The notes below the pieces were generated by a model, which made no database searches, was not told the DNA's origin, and saw only the letters and a list, made by a program, of their open reading frames with translations. A program made the translations under genes and the position numbers. This document shows positions 30,190 through 41,035 of a stretch of DNA of 64,000 bases, one piece after another. Source of the stretch: Roseibacillus sp. (GTDB lineage: Bacteria > Verrucomicrobiota > Verrucomicrobiia > Verrucomicrobiales > Akkermansiaceae); the NCBI GenBank assembly GCA_051251855.1, contig JBPOGI010000005.1, positions 64,001-128,000 of the forward strand, given 5' to 3'. Every line of letters starts with the position of its first letter. Position 1 is the stretch's first letter.

Positions 30190-33100
30190 CTATACTCCGT
30201 CGCCATTCAAATCTTCTGCCTCAACACGAACCCGAACGAAACATCGAGGTGAGCCATTGGTTGACGTTCCAATGATGACTTGGACTTCTTCCCAGAACGG
30301 TGAAATCACGGTGACAAAGTCTGGTTCGATTACGGTGAAGTTGACTGCGTCTTCGCTTACTTCTGTGTGGTAAATCACCTTTGGGTAGGAATCGGTTCGG
30401 CGAATGTAGGTATACATGATGACCTTCTCGCCAGTGATGGGATGGACCTCGCTGCGAAGGACGGGTTGGCCAAAGGGTTCGCCGTTTTCCAAGGTTTGGC
30501 CTCGAACATAGTCAGGAGACTCTGCTTTCGTGGGATTGAGATTGAAGGCGTATTCGATGAAGAAGCTGATGCCGTCGCCATCTCCATCTGAATCGATGAG
30601 TCTCTCTTCTGGTGGAAGCCCGAACGAGTTGCCGTAGTCATCCAATACGGTGTCGTCGTTAATAATCGTGAGAGAGAGAGATGACTTGTTCAGCACAACC
30701 CCGTTGGGATGAGAGAGGGCTAAAGTAAAGGTCTCGTCAGGTTCCGTGATGGCATCATCGAACATGGTAAGATAGATGGTTCGGCTGATATCTCCGGGGG
30801 AGAATTCGAGTGAACCGCTTGTCCATGGAAGGTAGTCCTCCAGAGGGTTAGCCATGTCGAACTCTCCTTTCTCGGTCGAGAATCCAATGCTTTCGCCGCC
30901 TAAAGCCGGAGCCGAAAGCGTGAACGTGACAGGAAGACCGATGAGTCCTTCGTTGCGTGGCTCGGTGGTCACAGTGAGGATGGGGGGCTCGGGTGAACTC
31001 GGGTCATCATCAAGGATGGTCAGGGAAATGGACGTCTGCGCGAGAGTGAGATCTGTTGGATTAGAGATAGCGAAGGTGAAGAATTCGTCATCTTCCGCTT
31101 TCGCATCATCGAGAACGGTGAGGAGAAGAGTTTGACTGGTCTCTCCGGGGGCGAACTCAACGAAACCGCCGTTCCAGTAGAGGAAGTCCTCTCCGGCAAT
31201 CGCTGTTCCATCCTGAAGCTCGAAGTAGAAGTTCTCGCTGCCAGTAGCGGGTCGAGATAGTGACAGATTCACGGTGAGTCCGATAAAGTTCTCATTAATA
31301 GGGTTAGCAGAAACGGTTAGGACCGCTGGCTCGGTGACGACAGGCGCATCATCATCGAGGATGGTGAGAGTGATAGCACTTTGGGAGAGAATGAGGTCCG
31401 TGGAATTGGCCATGGCGAAAGTGAAGGTCTCTTCATCTTCAGCGCTCGAATCATCGAGTAAAGTGACGAGAAGAGTTCGGCTGGTTTCGCCCGCTTCGAA
31501 TTCAACAAAGCCACCGTTCCAATAAACGAAGTCTTCTCCCGCAACTGCGGTTCCATCTTCAAGCTCGAAGTAGAAGTTCTCCGTTCCGGTAGCAGGTTTG
31601 GAGAGCGTCAAGTTGACGGCAAGTCCGTTAGCGCTTTCGCTTGTCGGGTCAGCAGAAACGGTTAGGACCGGTGGCTCAGTGACGACAGGCACATCATCAT
31701 CAAGGATGGTGAGAGTGATGGCACTTTGGGAGAGAATGAGGTCCGTGGAATTGGCCATGGCGAAAGTGAAGGTTTCTTCATCTTCAGCGCTCGAATCATC
31801 GAGTAAAGTGACGAGAAGAGTTCGGCTGGTTTCGCCCGCTTCGAATTCAACAAAGCCACCGTTCCAATAAACGAAGTCTTCTCCCGCAACTGCGGTTCCA
31901 TCTTCAAGCTCGAAGTAGAAGTTCTCCGTTCCGGTAGCAGGTTTGGAGAGCGTCAAGTTGACGGCAAGTCCGTTAGCGCTTTCGCTTGTCGGGTCAGCAG
32001 AAACGGTTAGGACCGGTGGCTCAGTGACGACAGGCACATCATCATCAAGGATGGTGAGAGTGATGGCACTTTGGGAGAGAATGAGGTCCGTGGAATTGGC
32101 CATGGCGAAAGTGAAGGTTTCTTCATCTTCAGCGCTCGAATCATCGAGTAAAGTGACGAGAAGAGTTCGGCTGGTTTCGCCCGCTTCGAATTCAACAAAG
32201 CCACCGTTCCAATAAACGAAGTCTTCTCCCGCAACTGCGGTTCCATCTTCAAGCTCGAAGTAGAAGTTCTCCGTTCCGGTAGCAGGTTTGGAGAGCGTCA
32301 AGTTGACGGCAAGTCCGTTAGCGCTTTCGCTTGTCGGGTCAGCAGAAACGGTTAGGACCGGTGGCTCAGTGACGACAGGCACATCATCATCAAGGATGGT
32401 GAGAGTGATGGCACTTTGGGAGAGAATGAGGTCCGTGGAATTGGCCATGGCGAAAGTGAAGGTTTCTTCATCTTCAGCGCTCGAATCATCGAGTAAAGTG
32501 ACGAGAAGAGTTCGGCTGGTTTCGCCCGCTTCGAATTCAACAAAGCCACCGTTCCAATAAACGAAGTCTTCTCCCGCAACTGCGGTTCCATCTTCAAGCT
32601 CGAAGTAGAAGTTCTCCGTTCCGGTAGCAGGTTTGGAGAGCGTCAAGTTGACGGCAAGTCCGTTAGCGCTTTCGCTTGTCGGGTCAGCAGAAACGGTTAG
32701 GACCGGTGGCTCAGTGACGACAGGCACATCATCATCAAGGATGGTGAGAGTGGTGGCACTTTGGGAGAGAATGAGGTTGGTTGAGCTTGTAATGTCAAAG
32801 CTAAAGGTCTCGTCCTCTTCGGAAATAGAATCGTTTAGGACCGTCAAGAGAATCGATTGGCTGGTCTCGCCGGGAGCAAATTCGAAGAAGCCATTATTTA
32901 GAGCAATGAAGTCTTCTCCCGCAACAGCCGTTCCATCTTGAAGCTCGAAGTTGAAGCTCTCATTTCCGGTCGCTGGTTCGGATAGAGTGAGGTTTACGAC
33001 GAGTCCGATGAAGTTCTCGTTAATAGGATCTGCGCTCACGGACAGGACTGCCGGCTCGGGGGCAACGGGTTCGTCGTCATCAAAAATGGTGAGAGTGATC

Positions 33101-35265
33101 TCGCTTTGCGCGAGAGTGAGACCGCTTGGGTTTGTGATGGCAAAGGTGAAGGTTTCGTCTTCTTCCGCAATAGAATCATCTAAGACGGTGAGGAGAATCG
33201 ATTGGCTGGTCTCGCCGGGAGCAAATTCGAAGAAGCCATTCTCCCAGAAAATGAAGTCTTCTCCAGCAACGGCAGTTCCATCTTGCAGTTCGAAGTTGAA
33301 GCTCTCACCTCCGATTGCAGGCGAAGAAAGACTGAGGTTCACGACGAGTCCGATGAAGCCTTCATCAATAGGTTCTGCCGAAGTGGTAAGGGTAATGTCG
33401 ATAGGACTATTGGTAGGAGTCGCCTCAAAGACACTGCTGGGGAGATTGGCAGAGTTAATGAGATTGGCTGCGGTTGGGTTTTGAGCCCATGCGTATCGAA
33501 CAGCTGTAGGTGAAGTCATCCCAGGAACAGAAACAACAACGCTTTCGCCAATGATGCTGGCGTTGGCCGAAACCCAATCGCCCTCTTCTTCACGAAGTTC
33601 GAATCCACCCAGAGGCCCCCCCCCTCGGGTCGCAAGGCCGCTGCTGAAATCGAATTCGACCACGACGGAAGATCCTTGTATGAAGGACTCGGAATAAGCA
33701 GGACCAGAAGTGAGGAGTGAATCGAGACCATACTCGTTCGCGAGAGGCCAGAGCACGAGGCGCTCGGCGAAGTCAGATTTATTGATGGGATGGATGTCTT
33801 CGGGGTCGCCAATGTCATTTCCGACCACCATCCCGCTGTTAGGAATGGTAGCAGAGGCGAGACGCATTGCATTTTGAACTTCGACCCAACGCGTCCGTGC
33901 TTCGGACACAAAGTTGGGTAGCTGCACAAAGTAGAAGGGGAGTTCTTCGCCCCAGCGTTCGCGCCAGTCTTCTGCGAGCGCTTCTAACAATGGCTGGTAG
34001 TTCTGGCTAGCAAAGTCGAAGGTGTTGGCTTCTCCCTGATACCACAGGATACCACGCATACCGTAGCCGACCATGGGGGCGACCATGCCGTTGTAGATTT
34101 GACCGCCGAGGTTGGCAGCAACGTTGGGGTCGTCTTCCTCGAAGACAGGCTCGGGTCCGACGGGGTTTTCGTTCCAAGCCGCAAGAGCAGCTTCAAAGTC
34201 CGCAAGGGCTTGTGCGTAGATGCCGTAAAAGAAGTCACGAGTCTCTAACAACTCGATTCCTTCAGGAAAGGTTGCGAGCTTTTCTTCAGAGATAAAACCC
34301 TGAATGGGTTGGCCTCCCCAAGCACACTCCATAATGGCGACGGGGACTCCGAGCTCTTCACGCAGCCGCTTGCCGTAGTAGTAGGCAAGTGCCGAGAAGT
34401 CTGAGGTTTCACCTGGGACAGCGGCGAGCCAATTTCCGCTAACGAGATCCTGCCGAGAGCCTCGTGCTGTTTCTGTAGGGACGAAAATCTTCAAGAGGGG
34501 ATCATTGGAAGTTGCACTCGCATTGTCGTTCTCAGGAGAGGGAAGGAAGTTTAGAGGGAAGTCCATATTTGACTGCCCCGCGCCCATCCACACTTCTCCA
34601 ACGAGGACTCCGCTGATGGTTTCTGTGATGCCATCGCTGGAGATGACTAGGTCCCGTCCGACTGAACTGGCGGCGAGATTTTCAAGAGAGACCTCGAAGC
34701 GGCCGTTGGAATCAGCCACAGTTTGATAAGTTTCCCCAGCGAACTGGACCGTTACAGTGCTACTAGGAACAACGTAGCCAAAAACGGGAGCTCCCTTCTC
34801 ACGCTGTAAAACCATTCCATCTGAAAAGAACGAGGAAAGTCTAATCGCCGAAGCATCATCATTGAGAATAGTGTGAAAAGAAACCGCGTTCGCTAATGTC
34901 AGCCCGGTTGCGTCGTAGGCTGTGATTTGGATCGTTTCATCCGCTTCTGCGATTTCATCATCGATCATCGTGATGATGAAGCTTTCGCTCGTGGTGCCTG
35001 CCGCAAAGTCGATGATTCCACCGTTGAAGGGAATGAAGTCTGCGCTCGTTGCGGTTCCCTCCTCAATGTCGAAGAAAATCCGCTCGCCTCCCTCAGCGGG
35101 TGAGGAGAGAGTGAAGTCTACGGTGAGCCCAATGAGGCCTTCGTTGGTGGGAGTAGAGCTTACCGTGAGCGATGGCAACGAACCGTCTTGTCCCATGAGC
35201 GGACTCATGAGTGATAGCAGTGCGCAAAGAGTCAGGGGAATTATCGAGGGGGTGAACCTTTTCAT
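30190..35265 (-). CDS. Secreted sialate O-acetylesterase-family protein with about 9 Calx-beta domains; paralog of 17370..20375
   Basis: Same GQSNM/WYQGEAN/DIHP motifs; long shared stretches such as MDFPLNFLPSPENDN and RRTDSYPKVIY. Confidence 0.88.
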   Translation of the reverse strand: MKRFTPSIIPLTLCALLSLMSPLMGQDGSLPSLTVSSTPTNEGLIGLTVDFTLSSPAEGGERIFFDIEEGTATSADFIPFNGGIIDFAAGTTSESFIITMIDDEIAEADETIQITAYDATGLTLANAVSFHTILNDDASAIRLSSFFSDGMVLQREKGAPVFGYVVPSSTVTVQFAGETYQTVADSNGRFEVSLENLAASSVGRDLVISSDGITETISGVLVGEVWMGAGQSNMDFPLNFLPSPENDNASATSNDPLLKIFVPTETARGSRQDLVSGNWLAAVPGETSDFSALAYYYGKRLREELGVPVAIMECAWGGQPIQGFISEEKLATFPEGIELLETRDFFYGIYAQALADFEAALAAWNENPVGPEPVFEEDDPNVAANLGGQIYNGMVAPMVGYGMRGILWYQGEANTFDFASQNYQPLLEALAEDWRERWGEELPFYFVQLPNFVSEARTRWVEVQNAMRLASATIPNSGMVVGNDIGDPEDIHPINKSDFAERLVLWPLANEYGLDSLLTSGPAYSESFIQGSSVVVEFDFSSGLATRGGGPLGGFELREEEGDWVSANASIIGESVVVSVPGMTSPTAVRYAWAQNPTAANLINSANLPSSVFEATPTNSPIDITLTTSAEPIDEGFIGLVVNLSLSSPAIGGESFNFELQDGTAVAGEDFIFWENGFFEFAPGETSQSILLTVLDDSIAEEDETFTFAITNPSGLTLAQSEITLTIFDDDEPVAPEPAVLSVSADPINENFIGLVVNLTLSEPATGNESFNFELQDGTAVAGEDFIALNNGFFEFAPGETSQSILLTVLNDSISEEDETFSFDITSSTNLILSQSATTLTILDDDVPVVTEPPVLTVSADPTSESANGLAVNLTLSKPATGTENFYFELEDGTAVAGEDFVYWNGGFVEFEAGETSRTLLVTLLDDSSAEDEETFTFAMANSTDLILSQSAITLTILDDDVPVVTEPPVLTVSADPTSESANGLAVNLTLSKPATGTENFYFELEDGTAVAGEDFVYWNGGFVEFEAGETSRTLLVTLLDDSSAEDEETFTFAMANSTDLILSQSAITLTILDDDVPVVTEPPVLTVSADPTSESANGLAVNLTLSKPATGTENFYFELEDGTAVAGEDFVYWNGGFVEFEAGETSRTLLVTLLDDSSAEDEETFTFAMANSTDLILSQSAITLTILDDDVPVVTEPPVLTVSADPTSESANGLAVNLTLSKPATGTENFYFELEDGTAVAGEDFVYWNGGFVEFEAGETSRTLLVTLLDDSSAEDEETFTFAMANSTDLILSQSAITLTILDDDAPVVTEPAVLTVSANPINENFIGLTVNLSLSRPATGSENFYFELQDGTAIAGEDFLYWNGGFVEFAPGETSQTLLLTVLDDAKAEDDEFFTFAISNPTDLTLAQTSISLTILDDDPSSPEPPILTVTTEPRNEGLIGLPVTFTLSAPALGGESIGFSTEKGEFDMANPLEDYLPWTSGSLEFSPGDISRTIYLTMFDDAITEPDETFTLALSHPNGVVLNKSSLSLTIINDDTVLDDYGNSFGLPPEERLIDSDGDGDGISFFIEYAFNLNPTKAESPDYVRGQTLENGEPFGQPVLRSEVHPITGEKVIMYTYIRRTDSYPKVIYHTEVSEDAVNFTVIEPDFVTVISPFWEEVQVIIGTSTNGSPRCFVRVRVEAEDLNGDGV
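31306..32777. repeat. Intragenic 345-bp (115-aa) tandem repeat, about 4.3 near-identical copies
   Basis: Shadow ORFs recur at 31598/31943/32288/32633 (period 345); only a few substitutions, at the array edges. Confidence 0.95.
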
Positions 35266-35784
35266 GAACGCCGAGACTGTTGATTGTTTTTAAAATTTTA
35301 GGCTAGATTTATATTTTTTAATTAATTTCCGGCGAAATACCTTAACTAAGTATTATTGGAATCCCTTTAATGGTAATGGGTAGAGCTGTTTCAGATGTCT
35401 TGGTATTTCGTATGGTTTTGAAGGGTTAACTTTTAGTTTTCCTGATATTTTGCGCAGAAAATACTAAAGATTAATTGAAGGTAAGGAGTGGTATTTTACG
35501 CGTTTTTCACTAAATAATATCGTCGGAGTTCGTTCTTAAGCGAGACTACGGTAGCAGAAATTCTGCGCTCTCTTTCAGCTTCTCGGTTTGCATTGGGCAG
35601 CACTTGGTCGAGGCGGTGTGAAGCTTGCTTTAACGACGCTGGTGTCCTGACTAGACTAGGGGCGGGGTGGTCATAGAAGGTGCGTTTGAGCCCAGATCAG
35701 TAAGTCCCCAAAGTTACCGCCAAGCCCTCCGAGCTTTTTTCTGCTATCGAATCGCTTTTTATTCTCCAGTGACCAGCCCTCGCG

Positions 35785-38700
35785 CTACAGGTTTTCTTGA
35801 ACGAAGAGACGGAAGAAGTTTCGCGGTGCGCTGCCTGGTGCGTTGTTGATGAGGAAGGTGTGACGGGGGATGCCATCTGAGTCGTTCGTAGTTTCTAAGA
35901 AAGACACCTCAGAGCTCACGTTACTCCAGCTTCCGGAAGTGAGGTCGGGGGAAACCTGCAGGATCAGCTGAGCATCGACGGCATCAGGATCTTCTCGATA
36001 ACTGAGTGCCGAAGAGATGGTGCCGTTGATGTTGACCTGAGTGATACAGAAGAGCTCTCCATGGGAAGGGATATCGTCAGACAGTCCTGCGGCGTATTCA
36101 AGAATAGCCACATATCCGTCGCCGTCATCATCCGCCAAGGGGTCTCCGGTGAAACGTAAACCATCATCAGCCCCAGGACTTCCTCCAACTGCAGAACTGG
36201 CTAACCAGCTCGTGGACAATGTGGGATCGAGGTCGGACTGGGGATCGAGGCGAACCAAGGAAAAGCCGTCACCATCGGCAGACTCAGGCCAAGGAACGTT
36301 GTCGTCGTATCGGAAGCTATCGATGATGCTGCCGTTCATGTCGACGAGGGTAATCCACTCGCCGCTGTTACTCAATGCGCCCGAGTAGGTTCCCGCAATG
36401 GCAACGCTAGGGTATCTCGCGGCGAAGGCGGCGCTATTTTCAACAATGACCAATCGTTCGCCAGGAGCGATGAGAGTTCCGGGTGGGAAAGTAAATTCGA
36501 TCCCTTCTAAGGCACCCTCGAAAGTGATGTTAATAAAGGCTGCGCTACCAAGGTCCGCAGTGTTGCCACTAATATTCATAATCTCGATGAACTCGAAATC
36601 ATTCTTATCAAAGGTGGGGTCAATCGCTAATTCGGCGGAGGTTGGGTCGGAGGGATGATAATGAACTTCGCTGATCACGATGTCCATCGAGCTGGCAGGT
36701 AGGGTGGTTGAGAAGAAGGCTTCATTGAGAGCGCTCCAAGTATCGTTGACACTGTCGTAGGTGCGGGACTTGATCCAGACAGGGCCGGTAATGGTATCAG
36801 GAATGGTCAGCGAGACCGTGTTGCCGGAACCGGGAGGATTACCGATGAGCTCAAGGTTAAAACTCAAGTCAGAGCTTCCGTCATTCCCTTGGTGCATTTC
36901 AACCGCGATGGTGTTGTTTCCCGCTGCGAAGCTAGAAGTTGGAATGCTCAGATTGTCGATGGCGTTGTTTCCAACGGTGTTACCGGAGTAGAAGTCGAAG
37001 GCTGGATCGACTGGTAAATTGTTATGTCGGGCCACCTCTACTCCATTAACGTAGACCACGTAAGCATCGTCGAAGGTGATGTTGAGTTCGAATTCACCGA
37101 ATTGGGAGGGGTTCGGAATGTTGACTGTTTTTCTGAAGTAAGTGGTGGCGTATTTAGCAGTGGGATCGGGCCCAAAAGATAGGGTCGTCGCCTCATCTCC
37201 GTCACCATAACCGAGTTCGGCCGGTCCAGTCATCCAGCTGCTATCGTCGAACGCGGAGGCTCTCCAAGTAGTTCCTTGATTGCTCCCGTCATCCAGATAG
37301 GCCCAGTTATCTCCGTTATTGATGTATGTCGTGGCAGTCACGCCACCGCCTCCACCCGAGATGTTGAGGACGGATGCCGCCGAGTTAAAACCGCCACCGA
37401 TAAGGCGAGGATCTAGATCGTCACTCCAATCGCTGGAATCCAAGTCTCCGGATCCGATCATGTAGTAAAGCTGAGTGCCGTTGGTTGGAACGATGGCATC
37501 AATTGTGGAGCCGGAGCTCACCACCCCTCCGTGTTGGGAGTAGAAGGGAGCATCCAAATCGGGGTAGAGGTTTGCGATGCGAAGATGTCCGAGAAAGACG
37601 TCGCTCCGAGTATCAATCACATTACTCAGACTATTGACGGCGCTGTCCCAATTTTCTGCGTCAAAAGGATCGGTTCGTTGCGCGTCTCCCCAACGAGCAG
37701 ACTCAGCTATGATCACGTCGGCAACGGTGGATCGCCTCGCGTTCATGTGTTCGAGAACACTCGTTTGAGTCAGGAGCCCTGCATTAAAGAGAGCCTTGTG
37801 AGCACGGTCCGCAAATTTCATACGATATTCCTCCGTCCCTTCAGCGAGGTCGAAGTGAATATAAGCGGGGTTACTTTTATTGTATACATCTCGACTTCCC
37901 GATCCGTTGGTGGTGTTCATGCGGTCGTTGGCTCCGTTCCATCCACCCCCAGCTCCCATGCTGTGCTCACCATCGTGAACGAAGAATTGAAACCCGAAGC
38001 CATCGCGCACTCGGTCCCGAATGCCATACCAGTTGTTAGAGGCTTGGACAAAGTTAGAGACGGGAGCGTCGTAGTTGCCAGTATAGCCAATCACCATTTG
38101 GTAATCGATGAGGTTATCGACATCGAGGTAGACCGGTAGGGCAGGATTGCGAGAGCCATCAGGATTGAGGCCCTGCATTTCCATAAAGCGGGCGATGGTT
38201 GGGGAGGACTGTTGGGTGCGTGCAAGACTCCAGAGGTTGTTCCAGTCGCTTCCGGAAGCAAAGCTGCCATCAGTGGCTTCGGTGTCGTAGCCGCCGCTAC
38301 TACCGGCGGATTTGATGGTGTCGTAGTCCTCAGTGTTACCGCCGAGATAAGCAGCCCCGTGATTGGCTTCGGCTCGCTCTTGGGTCATGTAGAGTCCCCA
38401 ATAAATTCCGTTGAGATAGAGGTGATAGTAGCGGCTGCGCGTGTAAGGATGTCCAAAGGAGCCTTGTAGGTCGCGGCCGAGAACTTCTCGCAAGAAGGTG
38501 TTGCTTCCGTTGTTTTGGAAGGCCCAAGAATAGTTTTGAGAGGTCCTGAGATCGACTTTGTCGAATTCATCCACTCCTTCTGAACCGAAGAGAGGGTAGT
38601 TGAGTTTGGAGTCGCCGTATTCACCTCGAAAGAAAAGGCGGAAGGCGTGTTTTGGGTTGCTAGTGGAGCGGCTGAAGCCTCCTCGCACTCGAAGTCCACA

Positions 38701-40812
38701 ATTGCTTTGCACGTTGGCTGTCGTGCCATCGGGATGAATGATTTCAAAGGAAGCCTTTCTCTCCCAGCTTCGGCCACGTCCGCTAGGATTGACGTAAATC
38801 CCTTGGGAGCCCGACCCGGTGAGGTCTTCTTGATCGATGCTGATAGATACCGAGGGAATGGCAGAGAGCGCATCCGTCATTTCTAGTGGGGTGTAGCGGG
38901 TGGTGATGTCGGGGTCCATTCCGTAGTCGAAGACTTGGCCGTTCACTGAGGAAGAAGGCCAACCGGTAGGAGCTGCACCATCAGGAAATTGAGTGCGAAT
39001 ATCTTCCAGGAAGAAGTAGGTGTGGGTATCGACATTGGTTTCGACGAAATCTGTTTTGAACGCGGCAGCACGAATCGTGGTGGTAGCAGAAATATTAACA
39101 GGACCGGTGTAGTCCAATCCGTTGGTAATCGTCGGTTCTGAGCCGTCAGTGGTGTATCGGATTTGAGCGTCGGTAGTGGCCGATGAAATCGTGAGGTTGA
39201 AAGGACTGGTGAAGAACCCTCGATCAATATCAAAAGTAGTGTCTTCGACAAATCCCTGTAGCACGGCACCATTGGTAGAGTTGGGAGTAGGGATTGCGAG
39301 ATATCCCAGCGTGAGCCCGTCAGCGGCGAGGCCATAAGAGAAGCCCTCTTCTTGTGAGGGGTAGTCGGGTGTAAATTCTGCAGTAATAGAAAAGCCGCCG
39401 CTTCCGTCGTTTCGAGTGAGGGCAAGATACTCGCCTCCCGCTGACAGGTTGAAGTTGGTATGGAGCTCGCTATTGGCAGTGGCGCGATTCTTAGAGGATG
39501 CAAAAACCACTAAGTAAGTGTCGGGCTGCATGATAACCGCCGGGAAAGACCACTTGTTCAGGAGGAGTTCATCATCGGTGAGGTAGAATGTGGAGAGGTC
39601 TGCGGCGTTGGGGCCGGGGTTGTAGATTTCGATCCAGTCTGAGCTATCACCGTCTTCGTCTAACAAACCATCGTTTGAGTTGTCTGCTACGAACTCATTG
39701 ATGCGAGGGGTGGAGGGGTCAACGTCTACGAAAAGGGTGGTGCTTCTGAGAGTAGTGCCATCAACATTAGTGGCGCTGATAGTGTAGAAGGTGCTGACGG
39801 TGGGGGTGACCGAGATACTTCCGGCTCCACTCACGTCAGTCTGTGTGAGCACACTTCCGACTCCGTTGTCGATACTGACAGCGGAGAAGGGAGGCTCTAT
39901 TTGCCAAGAGAGTATGGCGCTGGCGCCTGAGGTGATAAAGATAGGATTGCTATCAAAGGTCGTAATTGAGGGGCCAGTGGAAACATCGACCCCGCTGCCA
40001 TCACTACCGAGAAGAACGAAGGTGCCAGAGCCTGAATCATTCGCTTGGTAGGTCCAAGTGTTAGGGCCGATACTCACCGAGCCAGCCTGATCGTGAGCAT
40101 CGAGAATTTGAATCGCCTCAGACATGGGATAGTCATAGTTGATGCCGAAATTGTAAATGGCTTGAGCTTGTTGCTCGCTGAGGGCGTCGCCAAAGAGGGC
40201 GACGTCGTCAATTCCGCCTATCCATTCTCTGCCGGTAGCCTGCGGATTTTCTCCCAGAAGAAGAGGAAGACCAGAGTCGGATAAACTAGGTGCGACACCA
40301 GTAGCGACGAGAACTCCATCGACATAAAGTGCGGTGTTCTCTCCAGCTGCAGAGATGGCTAGGATATGGTGCCAGTTGTCATCATTGACTGCTCCACCGG
40401 AAATATCTCCTGATCCCCCGGCATAGGCGATCTGATTGGCGTCATTTGCCCGCCGAGCAATGCGGTATTGCGGGCCATCTCCCTTGGAAATGAGAGCCTG
40501 CCAACTTCGATCCCAGTCGCCCACTTTGCACCAGACTGAGAGCGTGATACTGCCCCCCGTATGAGCGACGTCATCACTGCTAGGAATAGAAACGTAGCTG
40601 TTACCGCTCAGTGACAGAGCGGAGCCAAATTGGGAATCGGTAGCGCTATAGCTGCTCGTTCCAACCCAAGTCCCGTTGTCATTGGTGGTCCCCGAAGGAG
40701 CAGTATCTAAAGTGTTATTATCAAGGTTCCAGTAACCTAGAAGATCATCGGAGGGAGCTGCGGCCGCTAAAGTGGAGAGGATGAGGCCGTAGAAAATAAT
40801 CTGCTTCAACAT
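35785..40812 (-). CDS. Secreted LamG / lamin-tail / CotH kinase multidomain protein
   Basis: LamG-like WHHI...LYVDG..GGIDDVALF; LTD INEFVADN..DWIEIYN and ISEVHYHP..EFIEI.N; CotH-like YLNGIYWGLY..QER. Confidence 0.82.
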   Translation of the reverse strand: MLKQIIFYGLILSTLAAAAPSDDLLGYWNLDNNTLDTAPSGTTNDNGTWVGTSSYSATDSQFGSALSLSGNSYVSIPSSDDVAHTGGSITLSVWCKVGDWDRSWQALISKGDGPQYRIARRANDANQIAYAGGSGDISGGAVNDDNWHHILAISAAGENTALYVDGVLVATGVAPSLSDSGLPLLLGENPQATGREWIGGIDDVALFGDALSEQQAQAIYNFGINYDYPMSEAIQILDAHDQAGSVSIGPNTWTYQANDSGSGTFVLLGSDGSGVDVSTGPSITTFDSNPIFITSGASAILSWQIEPPFSAVSIDNGVGSVLTQTDVSGAGSISVTPTVSTFYTISATNVDGTTLRSTTLFVDVDPSTPRINEFVADNSNDGLLDEDGDSSDWIEIYNPGPNAADLSTFYLTDDELLLNKWSFPAVIMQPDTYLVVFASSKNRATANSELHTNFNLSAGGEYLALTRNDGSGGFSITAEFTPDYPSQEEGFSYGLAADGLTLGYLAIPTPNSTNGAVLQGFVEDTTFDIDRGFFTSPFNLTISSATTDAQIRYTTDGSEPTITNGLDYTGPVNISATTTIRAAAFKTDFVETNVDTHTYFFLEDIRTQFPDGAAPTGWPSSSVNGQVFDYGMDPDITTRYTPLEMTDALSAIPSVSISIDQEDLTGSGSQGIYVNPSGRGRSWERKASFEIIHPDGTTANVQSNCGLRVRGGFSRSTSNPKHAFRLFFRGEYGDSKLNYPLFGSEGVDEFDKVDLRTSQNYSWAFQNNGSNTFLREVLGRDLQGSFGHPYTRSRYYHLYLNGIYWGLYMTQERAEANHGAAYLGGNTEDYDTIKSAGSSGGYDTEATDGSFASGSDWNNLWSLARTQQSSPTIARFMEMQGLNPDGSRNPALPVYLDVDNLIDYQMVIGYTGNYDAPVSNFVQASNNWYGIRDRVRDGFGFQFFVHDGEHSMGAGGGWNGANDRMNTTNGSGSRDVYNKSNPAYIHFDLAEGTEEYRMKFADRAHKALFNAGLLTQTSVLEHMNARRSTVADVIIAESARWGDAQRTDPFDAENWDSAVNSLSNVIDTRSDVFLGHLRIANLYPDLDAPFYSQHGGVVSSGSTIDAIVPTNGTQLYYMIGSGDLDSSDWSDDLDPRLIGGGFNSAASVLNISGGGGGVTATTYINNGDNWAYLDDGSNQGTTWRASAFDDSSWMTGPAELGYGDGDEATTLSFGPDPTAKYATTYFRKTVNIPNPSQFGEFELNITFDDAYVVYVNGVEVARHNNLPVDPAFDFYSGNTVGNNAIDNLSIPTSSFAAGNNTIAVEMHQGNDGSSDLSFNLELIGNPPGSGNTVSLTIPDTITGPVWIKSRTYDSVNDTWSALNEAFFSTTLPASSMDIVISEVHYHPSDPTSAELAIDPTFDKNDFEFIEIMNISGNTADLGSAAFINITFEGALEGIEFTFPPGTLIAPGERLVIVENSAAFAARYPSVAIAGTYSGALSNSGEWITLVDMNGSIIDSFRYDDNVPWPESADGDGFSLVRLDPQSDLDPTLSTSWLASSAVGGSPGADDGLRFTGDPLADDDGDGYVAILEYAAGLSDDIPSHGELFCITQVNINGTISSALSYREDPDAVDAQLILQVSPDLTSGSWSNVSSEVSFLETTNDSDGIPRHTFLINNAPGSAPRNFFRLFVQENL

Positions 40813-41035
40813 GGGCCGACCAGCCTAGCTGAAAAGAACTCTGTAAAGCGATAGCAAAGTTCACGGTCCGTTACCCAAGAGATTTTCAAAATTCAAACAA
40901 TTTGGACTAACAGAGTAGGATTTACTTGGGACTGTTCTCAGTGGCGACGAAGATGCTGTCCCTGATAAGTCAGCTTTGCCGCTTTGTTGACGATTTTTGC
41001 ATAGAAAGAAGTGTTTTTAATTGAGGGTAGAGATT

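Noticed and set aside
31306..32777. 345-bp repeats as a mobile element or DGR template/variable pair
   Set aside because: They are in-frame Calx-beta domain repeats; there is no reverse transcriptase and no adenine-specific mismatch pattern.
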